Positions 46,473 through 53,925 of a stretch of DNA of 64,000 nucleotides are shown here, piece by piece. The notes beneath the pieces were generated by a model. The model searched no databases, was not told where the DNA came from, and saw nothing but the letters and a program-made list of their open reading frames with translations. This stretch comes from a virus. A program made the position numbers and the translations under genes. How positions within the stretch are numbered: the first letter of the stretch is position 1; each line of letters starts with the position of its first letter. The stretch covers positions 1 through 64,000 of the IMG/VR virus record IMGVR_UViG_3300033552_000001, one strand, 5' to 3'.

Positions 46473-46658
46473 TTGGAAACTTATCAATATAATATAGCAA
46501 TTAGCCCTTCTAGCTTGTTTACATCAAATGAGGAATTAATGCAATTTATTAATATACCAGCAACAAAGAAAGATTTATGTTGTTTTTTAGAAGTATGTGA
46601 AAAAGAAGAATTGTATGAATATTGCTTATTAATTAATAATAAAATAAAAGAAATATAA
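46473..46658 (+). CDS. Small hypothetical protein
   Basis: 61 aa, TTG start, EKEELYEYCLLI helical motif. Confidence 0.5.
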   Translation: METYQYNIAISPSSLFTSNEELMQFINIPATKKDLCCFLEVCEKEELYEYCLLINNKIKEI

Positions 46659-46664
46659 TATATT

Positions 46665-49253
46665 ATGAAACTAAATAAATTAGGAGTTCCCAATAATTTG
46701 TGGAATAACATCAGAGCAAATAAAGGTAGTGGTAGAAAACCAACTGCTGAAATGCTTAAACAAGAAAGAAAAATAAATAATAAACAAACTGGTGGTGATA
46801 ATCAATTGATGGAATTGTTTAATCAATTTGCCTCTTCAATTCAAGATGATAATTTTAACTCTGGTGAAGATGTTTACAATGAATATATTAAATTAGCTCC
46901 ACAAGAGCAAGAACAATTTATTCAAAGTATTCAACAACAAAGTAGTCAACAAGCTCCTCAAGAAGAAATGCAGGAAGAAACTGCTATGATGCAAAGAGGT
47001 GGTACTAATGCTGTTAGAAAGTATCAAGAGATGCTTAATAAAAAGTATGGAACTAATTTAAAAGTAGATGGTATATGGGGAAAACACACTCAATCTGTTT
47101 ATGAAAATAGTAATTTAAAAAGTTTAAAATCTAAAGATATTACCATTGGTGATAGTAAACCAATTGAAAGTTCTTATGAATTTCCAAGAGCTACAAATAC
47201 AGTTAACTTATTAAAAGGAAAAAATATAAACTTTGATAGACCTCAAGATGCTACAGGATATAGTAATATAAATGATTGGGCAGCACATTTTGATAAGCAA
47301 ACAGATTCATTGAATAGTTATTCTAATAGAGTTAAACCTTTCAAAAAGTATGCAACTAAATCTATGGAGAGAAGAGCTATGATGACTCCTCAAGAAGAGT
47401 CTGATTGGTTGGATAGTGGAGGTGTTGGAATAAGAGGAAGTGCTATGGAAAATAGACCTTGGACTTCACAAAATGAAGCAGACTTTAGAGCTAATAAAAT
47501 AAATAGATCAGGAGAAAAAGTTACTCCAGAAGAAGTGCAACAAGCTTTTAATAATGCAGGAGCAGGTCTTACACAAGAAAAAATGGATTATATATTACAA
47601 GAAAGAAATAAAGAACGTAAAGCAAGTGATATTCCAAGTTATTGGAAAGATGAAGATCATGATGAACAAATTAGAAAAAAGTATGGACAACCTATTAAAA
47701 AACAAACAGGTGGAATACCAACTAATAAAAATGGATATTATGAATTAGATCCAGAAGAAAATCCTATTGCAAGAATACCAAGCAATAATATTACTATGAA
47801 AAATATTCCATATAAAATTAAAGCTGTTGGTGGTACTACTGGTAGAGATTATGGATATATGCAACCAGAAGGTGAATATCAATTTGATGATGAAGAATTT
47901 ATGTATGAAATACCAAAAGCTCAAAAAGGGGTTAATTTAAATGATATAACTAAAAAAAGAAATAGTGAATCACTAAATTCTAAACAGTATCAAGACTATT
48001 TAAAAAATCTTGAAAATGAAAAAAATTCTAAGTTTTTACAAGATTCAGCAAATGCTATTAAATATGGGAATACAAAAGGTATTTTAAACAATGATTATTT
48101 TTTGACAGGAGATAATACAAAAACTCCATTTCAAAGAAGAATTCAATCAGAAAATCCCAATTCAATTGCAAGAAGAAATGATAGAAAAGCTAGAATGGAA
48201 CAATCAACAGAAATTGTTCCTGGTAAACTTCCTTATAAAACAAAAAGTGGTAATGTTGTTTCTAAAAAAACTATTGCTAAATATTCTCCTGATCAAACAG
48301 ACCAATATTATGCTAATCAATATGATAGTAAAAAATTTAATAAACAATTTACATCACAAGAATTAGATGCTCAATATCTTCAATCATTAGAATCACAAAA
48401 AGAATTGGCTAAAATAGAAACACCTGTTGGTAATAAATATCCAGATTTTGTTGCACCAAATAATGTTGGACAAACAAAAAATGATTTTAGAAAAGGTAAA
48501 TCAATTACAATGGATTTTGATAATCCAGCAGAAGGACAAGCAATTGCTTATGAAAAATTTAAAAACAGTCAATCATTATCTCCTTATAAACAAACTGTTA
48601 AATTAGAATCACCAGGTTTATATCAAGAGAATGAAGCAGCTTATTTAGCTAATGTAAGAGAGAGTAGAAATTCAGCATTGCAAAATATGAATCCTAATTC
48701 AACCATAGGGCAATCAGCAATGTCTAATGTTTACTCACAGAGCTTAAATCAAGAAAATGATGCTATTGGTCAAGTATTTAAAAACAATGCTCAAAACAGC
48801 ACTAATTACTTGAATCAAAGAAGTGCTATGAATAATCAACAGCAACAAATGAATAATCAATATAATGATAAATATTACAATGATGTATCTCAAATAGAAG
48901 CTGTTAAAAATCAGAATGATATTAATTATATGAATCAAATATCACAGATGAATGCAAAGAGGTTACAAGCTAAAAATAGATTTTTAGGAACAGCAATTGA
49001 AACTGGTTTGGGTGATGCTTTGGATATAGATGATAATAGTGTTACATTTGATGTAAGTAAGATAGGAGCAAGAATTAATGGAGGTAGTAAAAAAGAAAGT
49101 GTTCCTAATACTAATAAACTAAATGTTAAAATGATTGATGGTGTACCTTACCATACTTATATTGATGAGAATGGTAAACCACAAGCAATTCCTGTTAATG
49201 TAAATAAAGCACAATTTGGTGGAATGGGTAAATACAGAATGAAATTAAAATAA
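46665..49253 (+). CDS. Modular cargo protein with peptidoglycan-binding domain
   Basis: 862 aa; four QxGG motifs plus one QKG; VRKYQEMLN...VDGIWGKHT (PG_binding_1-like); IPSNNITMKN module; Q/N-rich C-terminus. Confidence 0.75.
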   Translation: MKLNKLGVPNNLWNNIRANKGSGRKPTAEMLKQERKINNKQTGGDNQLMELFNQFASSIQDDNFNSGEDVYNEYIKLAPQEQEQFIQSIQQQSSQQAPQEEMQEETAMMQRGGTNAVRKYQEMLNKKYGTNLKVDGIWGKHTQSVYENSNLKSLKSKDITIGDSKPIESSYEFPRATNTVNLLKGKNINFDRPQDATGYSNINDWAAHFDKQTDSLNSYSNRVKPFKKYATKSMERRAMMTPQEESDWLDSGGVGIRGSAMENRPWTSQNEADFRANKINRSGEKVTPEEVQQAFNNAGAGLTQEKMDYILQERNKERKASDIPSYWKDEDHDEQIRKKYGQPIKKQTGGIPTNKNGYYELDPEENPIARIPSNNITMKNIPYKIKAVGGTTGRDYGYMQPEGEYQFDDEEFMYEIPKAQKGVNLNDITKKRNSESLNSKQYQDYLKNLENEKNSKFLQDSANAIKYGNTKGILNNDYFLTGDNTKTPFQRRIQSENPNSIARRNDRKARMEQSTEIVPGKLPYKTKSGNVVSKKTIAKYSPDQTDQYYANQYDSKKFNKQFTSQELDAQYLQSLESQKELAKIETPVGNKYPDFVAPNNVGQTKNDFRKGKSITMDFDNPAEGQAIAYEKFKNSQSLSPYKQTVKLESPGLYQENEAAYLANVRESRNSALQNMNPNSTIGQSAMSNVYSQSLNQENDAIGQVFKNNAQNSTNYLNQRSAMNNQQQQMNNQYNDKYYNDVSQIEAVKNQNDINYMNQISQMNAKRLQAKNRFLGTAIETGLGDALDIDDNSVTFDVSKIGARINGGSKKESVPNTNKLNVKMIDGVPYHTYIDENGKPQAIPVNVNKAQFGGMGKYRMKLK

Positions 49254-49322
49254 AAAACCAATGAATAAAATCCATTGGCTTTCCTCAAAACAAACAATCA
49301 TGTTCATAAAATTAAAAACAAA

Positions 49323-49619
49323 ATGGATAATAAAAGAATATTGCATATAGGAATTGGTATTGTTATAGCTATTTTCCTATACTTTTTGTATTACTCTATA
49401 AAGATGGAGAATATAAATAACAAAATAGTAAAAGAAACTATTGAACAATTTGAAATTAAAAAAGAAATTGACAGTTTAAGAATATTAAATAACTATTTAG
49501 AAACATTAAATAAAAAAGATGGAACAGCAATCAATTACATTAAAAAGAATATTGTTAAAAATGATAGTATTATCAATACTCTTACTTTGCAACAATTACA
49601 AAAGCTATTGTCTAAATGA
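49323..49619 (+). CDS. Membrane-anchored coiled-coil protein, possible inner spanin
   Basis: N-terminal transmembrane helix ILHIGIGIVIAIFLYFLYY; start revised to 49323. Confidence 0.5.
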   Translation: MDNKRILHIGIGIVIAIFLYFLYYSIKMENINNKIVKETIEQFEIKKEIDSLRILNNYLETLNKKDGTAINYIKKNIVKNDSIINTLTLQQLQKLLSK

Positions 49620-49956
49620 AATAAAAGCTGATACTTCTATTATAATGAAATATAGAAATACAGAAGGAATATTCTTTGATAAAGAAGCTGTTATTAGAAT
49701 TACTAAGAAAACAGCATTAGCTGATAGTTTAGCATTGGTTAATAAATTCAATGAATTAATAACTAAAAGACAAGAAGAACAACTGCTTAATTGTAAAGAA
49801 GTTGAAACTAAGTTTGATGAATATACTCTTAGTGTAAAAAAAGAAAAAGAGGAATTGAATAGAAAGTTTAATTTAAAAATAGCTGGAAAAAATGTATTAA
49901 TTGGAATGTTTACCACTGCAACTACAATTCTTGGAGTTTTATATTTTTTGAAATAG
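49561..49956 (+). CDS. Secreted or membrane coiled-coil protein, possible spanin partner
   Basis: Signal-like MIVLSILLLC..., coiled coil, C-terminal transmembrane segment; overlaps the 3' end of the previous gene. Confidence 0.45.
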   Translation: MIVLSILLLCNNYKSYCLNEIKADTSIIMKYRNTEGIFFDKEAVIRITKKTALADSLALVNKFNELITKRQEEQLLNCKEVETKFDEYTLSVKKEKEELNRKFNLKIAGKNVLIGMFTTATTILGVLYFLK

Positions 49957-49974
49957 GGTTTAAATATTATAACA

Positions 49975-50178
49975 ATGGAAGAAAATAAAATATACAATAT
50001 TAAAGGACAAGACTATATTGAAAATGGTAAATTGTTTAATAGAAAAATAATTATAGATAAGTTAAATGGATTTGGAAATAATTATCATTCAGTAACTTAT
50101 TTAAATAAAGATGATTCTATTAACTATAATACAAGAAAATGTATTTTAAATATAGAAAGAATTATTTTGCCTTTATAA
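49975..50178 (+). CDS. Hypothetical protein
   Basis: 67-aa ORF. Confidence 0.5.
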   Translation: MEENKIYNIKGQDYIENGKLFNRKIIIDKLNGFGNNYHSVTYLNKDDSINYNTRKCILNIERIILPL

Positions 50179-50196
50179 AAATTTACATTACATTTG
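50166..50196 (+). promoter_or_regulatory. Bacteroidota-type promoter candidate
   Basis: TTTG (50166-50169), 19-nt spacer, TACATTTG (50189-50196). Confidence 0.55.
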
Positions 50197-50222
50197 TCTT
50201 AATATTAACTTGGTCAACTAAT

Positions 50223-50296
50223 AACAGAATAGTGTAAAGAAAGCACCTTAGTTTGTACTAGGAAGTTTGGAATGTGAAAAGAGTCCAATTCTGTAT
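50223..50296 (+). pseudogene. tRNA-like element (degenerate tRNA with intact stems and aberrant loops)
   Basis: Acceptor ACAGAA/TTCTGT, D-stem GTGT/GCAC, anticodon stem CTTAG/CTAGG with 6-nt loop, T-stem TTGGA/TCCAA with 12-nt loop. Confidence 0.65.
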
Positions 50297-50337
50297 TTTA
50301 TTGTTTAATTTTTTTATTTTTTATTTTTAAGATATTT

Positions 50338-50373
50338 ACAAAACCTTCTATATATTATAGAGGGTTTTTTGTT
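50338..50373 (+). terminator. Intrinsic terminator
   Basis: 12-bp stem AAACCTTCTATA/TATAGAGGGTTT plus a T-tract. Confidence 0.75.
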
Positions 50374-50455
50374 GTGTTATAATTTATAAAATCGTTTATA
50401 ACCTTTTTTATAATTCATTAATGTTTTACCTATTATAATTAATTTATTTAAGGAG

Positions 50456-50486
50456 TTGCAAAATTACAATTCCTTTTGTATATTTG
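50456..50486 (+). promoter_or_regulatory. Bacteroidota-type promoter of the BRO gene
   Basis: TTG (50456-50458), 20-nt spacer, TATATTTG (50479-50486). Confidence 0.65.
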
Positions 50487-50521
50487 TATTATTAAAATTA
50501 AAACAATATAAATAAAACAAA

Positions 50522-51235
50522 ATGATAAAATTATTTGAATTTCAAAAAAAAGAAATTAGAACAGAAAATATTGATGGTAAATTATGGTTTAGTGGTGCTG
50601 ATGTATTTTCAGTATTAGGGCTTGCATGGAGAGGTGTTAGTTCTTTAAATAGAGATAGACAAATAACTGATAATCATATACTTAAAAAGGGTATCGGGAC
50701 TAACGGTGGTATACAAGAGTTGATTTTTATTGATGAACAAGCTCTTTATAAAATTACTTTTAGAGCTAATAAATCAGAATTGGCAGATGAATTTACAGAT
50801 TGGGTTGCAGAATTACTTGTAAAAATTAGAGAGTCTGTTAGCTTAGATAATACTAATGATTTAAGAAAGCATTTAAACATTACAGTTCAAAAAGATTTTA
50901 GTAATAAAATAAATGCTTTAAATTTTGAAAATGGAGGTGTAACTAAAACAATTGATTATAATGTTAAAAATTGTCAATTACATACAAATCAAAAACCATA
51001 TCAGATTGTCCAGATGGGTAAAGACTTAGGTTTAAAATCAAAACAAACTACTTCTGCAAAAGAAGTAATTAGAGCATTAAAACCTGAACTTGCTTGTAGT
51101 ATGAGTTTTACAGATAAGTTAGTGTCTGAAAATGGTGTTGAACATAATGAAGCAGCAAGAATCTCTATTAATTTTGCACAGCCTTTGTTTGGAGAGTTAA
51201 TACAATTAGGATTTAATCAAAGAAATTTAGAATAA
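50522..51235 (+). CDS. BRO-N domain protein (antirepressor-like)
   Basis: FEFQKKEIRT..IDGKLWFSGADV...FIDEQALYKITFRANK..ADEFTDWV matches the Bro-N pattern. Confidence 0.8.
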   Translation: MIKLFEFQKKEIRTENIDGKLWFSGADVFSVLGLAWRGVSSLNRDRQITDNHILKKGIGTNGGIQELIFIDEQALYKITFRANKSELADEFTDWVAELLVKIRESVSLDNTNDLRKHLNITVQKDFSNKINALNFENGGVTKTIDYNVKNCQLHTNQKPYQIVQMGKDLGLKSKQTTSAKEVIRALKPELACSMSFTDKLVSENGVEHNEAARISINFAQPLFGELIQLGFNQRNLE

Positions 51236-51243
51236 ATAATATT

Positions 51244-51275
51244 AAAGGTTAAGATTAATTTCTTAACCTTTTTTG
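51244..51275 (+). terminator. Intrinsic terminator after the BRO gene
   Basis: 11-bp stem AAAGGTTAAGA/TCTTAACCTTT plus a T-tract. Confidence 0.8.
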
Positions 51276-51378
51276 TTGTATAACTATAATTTATTAAAAT
51301 TTGTATTATAACATATAATTATTGACTTTTGCATTATAATATATAATAAAAATTAGTTAATGTATATAATTAAATAAA

Positions 51379-53925
51379 ATGATAACTCTTAAAAGCCAAC
51401 CAACACCTGTAACAAATTACACAGATGTATTTGATGAAGAGATGGTGGCTAAGTCTATCTCTTATAGAAAAGCTAAATTTGACCAAGGTGTAAATGCTGT
51501 TCAATCTAAAATAAATCAATTAAGTAGTATTCCTACTTTAACAGATGAAGATGCACAATACTTAAACTCCAAGATTGGTAATTTAACAAACACTATTAAT
51601 AGTAATCAAGGAATAGATTTTTCTGATTCAATGAATCTTTCTAAAATTGATAGTGATGCTCTTGATATAAGTTCTGATAATACAATTCTAAATGCAGCTT
51701 CTTCTGCTAAAAATCATCAAAAAGAAATGAAATTTATGGATGATGCTAAAAATAATCCTAAGAAATATGGTGATATATTATCTCCACATAATGATAGGGA
51801 TTATTCTGATCATCTAAGAGATTATAAATTAAAAAGACAAAATGGTGAAGAGGCTGTATTTTCTTATCAGTATAAACCTTTTGTAGATATTCAAGGGGAA
51901 TTGTTAAAAAGAGTTGAAAAACTAAAAGCAACTGCAACATCAGAAATTAATGGTAATTATATTATTAATGGAAAAGAATTAACACCACAAAGAATTAGAG
52001 CAGAAGCCTTTTCTCAATTACAAACTTCTCCTAAGATGATGGGGCAATTAGCTATTAATTCTAAGTATGATACAGAAAATATATCAGATGCTGATTTAAT
52101 TACTTCTAAAAATCATTTATTACAAATTCAGGAATTAAAATATAGAAAAGATTCAGAAAGTGAACTAGCTAGACTTTTAACATTAGATGTAAAAGATCCA
52201 AATAGAACTGCTGTTAGAATTGCAGAAGCAACAGAAGTTTTTCAAAAACATGAAAAGTCTTACAATAAATATAAAAACTCTCCTACATACATTGGTGAAG
52301 GAGCTTATAACAGGCAGAAATTAGCACAAGAACTTACCTTAAATAATATATTAACAGGACTTGATCAATTTGCTATTTCAGAAAGAAAAATTACACCAAA
52401 TATGATTCCTTTGGCAATTGCAAAACAAGACTTCTTACAAAAAATGGCAAGGCTGACTGAAGATAGAAAAGAAAGAGAATTTAATTATACAAAAGACAGA
52501 GACAAAATTGATGATCAATTTAGAAATTTAGAATTAGCTAGTAAGAATGGTACAAAAACTAAGATTGCAGAAGGTGAATTAGATGGTAGTACAAGTATTG
52601 ATATTCCTAATATTAAAGATGTTGATAATGCACAGAATAATTTTCAAGTAATGAGAGATGATGCTGTAAAAGAAACAAGAAAATTATTGATTGATGAGTA
52701 TAAAAATAGAATTGGTGTGATAGGTAAATTAGATGATGCTTTTCTTAGTAATTATGTTGATAAATTAGTAAGAGCTAATGGAACTTCTGCTAATCTTGAT
52801 GAAGAGAAAACTACTAAAATGCTAAAAGGTAAATTAGCTGAATATGGCAATGCTCAAATCCCAGAAGATGCAGTAATAAAAAATATGTTAAGGTCATTAA
52901 ATAAATTATCAATTGATGTAAAAAAAGTATTTGATACAGGAGAATTATTATCAACTGAAAATTCTCAATTTCTTTCTAAGTATTTAAAAGGTGTTCAAAA
53001 GAATACAGTGATGAATAGTATTCCTCAAAGTGCCTTAGAAAATGCCCTTTCTGTAAATGGAATTAGTCCTAAGGAATATGAATATTTAAAAGGTAAAAAC
53101 TTTGGCACAAGTAAAGATCCAAACAGAAGAAGTCTTTTTACTTCTGATCAATATAGTAAAGAGAAAATGGCATTTGATAATGTACAAAAATCTATTGATC
53201 AATTTTATAAAGACAAAGCATCTACTGCTCAATTATTTCCTTCTCAAACTTACACTGAAAAGTATAGAAAAGAAAGTGGGGTTGATGTTACTTTAAATAA
53301 TGTATTAGGTCAAGGAAGACTTTCTATGGATGGTACTACTAATATTGGTAATGGTGTTTATGGAAAAGAAAATGAAAAAGCAACTAATAGAGGTACAAGA
53401 GTTGAAGCAGTTGATTATAATTATGCAACTCAAGTAGCAAGAGTTAAAGTATTTGGTATAAATACATTAGGTAAGGAATTTGAACAACAGGGAGTTCAAT
53501 CATTTTCAGTTCCAAGAGAATATATGGAAAATCATACTTCTGAAAAAGTTAAAAAAGGTTCTCAAACATTAACTCAATCTGAATTACTACATCTTGCAGG
53601 TGGTGAAATTTATAGACAAACTAAAAGTGGTAAAAGTCCAATGTTTGATCAATTACCTAATAGAATGGCAACACCTTTTAGAGCTGTGCTTGTAGATAAA
53701 AATGATGTTTCTAATAACAAAGTTAACATCTTTATTAAACTACCTGTAAATGGAAGACTTACAACCTTTGAATTACCTGGTGCTTATGATAGTGTTGAAT
53801 ATGCAGAAAGAGATTTAACACAAAAAACATTACAATTATATGAAGATTTAAAAAATCAAGGTAGACCTAAAAAAGACATACCTAATTTAGTAGCAAAAGC
53901 AATTATAGATTCATTAACAAAATAA
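51379..53925 (+). CDS. Ejected/cargo virion protein (first of the crAss giant trio)
   Basis: 848 aa, helical; N-terminal YRKAKFDQG pattern; position before two larger ORFs. Confidence 0.7.
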   Translation: MITLKSQPTPVTNYTDVFDEEMVAKSISYRKAKFDQGVNAVQSKINQLSSIPTLTDEDAQYLNSKIGNLTNTINSNQGIDFSDSMNLSKIDSDALDISSDNTILNAASSAKNHQKEMKFMDDAKNNPKKYGDILSPHNDRDYSDHLRDYKLKRQNGEEAVFSYQYKPFVDIQGELLKRVEKLKATATSEINGNYIINGKELTPQRIRAEAFSQLQTSPKMMGQLAINSKYDTENISDADLITSKNHLLQIQELKYRKDSESELARLLTLDVKDPNRTAVRIAEATEVFQKHEKSYNKYKNSPTYIGEGAYNRQKLAQELTLNNILTGLDQFAISERKITPNMIPLAIAKQDFLQKMARLTEDRKEREFNYTKDRDKIDDQFRNLELASKNGTKTKIAEGELDGSTSIDIPNIKDVDNAQNNFQVMRDDAVKETRKLLIDEYKNRIGVIGKLDDAFLSNYVDKLVRANGTSANLDEEKTTKMLKGKLAEYGNAQIPEDAVIKNMLRSLNKLSIDVKKVFDTGELLSTENSQFLSKYLKGVQKNTVMNSIPQSALENALSVNGISPKEYEYLKGKNFGTSKDPNRRSLFTSDQYSKEKMAFDNVQKSIDQFYKDKASTAQLFPSQTYTEKYRKESGVDVTLNNVLGQGRLSMDGTTNIGNGVYGKENEKATNRGTRVEAVDYNYATQVARVKVFGINTLGKEFEQQGVQSFSVPREYMENHTSEKVKKGSQTLTQSELLHLAGGEIYRQTKSGKSPMFDQLPNRMATPFRAVLVDKNDVSNNKVNIFIKLPVNGRLTTFELPGAYDSVEYAERDLTQKTLQLYEDLKNQGRPKKDIPNLVAKAIIDSLTK

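Noticed and set aside
50223-50296. Canonical functional tRNA
   Set aside because: 6-nt anticodon loop, no D-loop GG, no T-psi-C and an oversized T-loop; kept only as a tRNA-like element.
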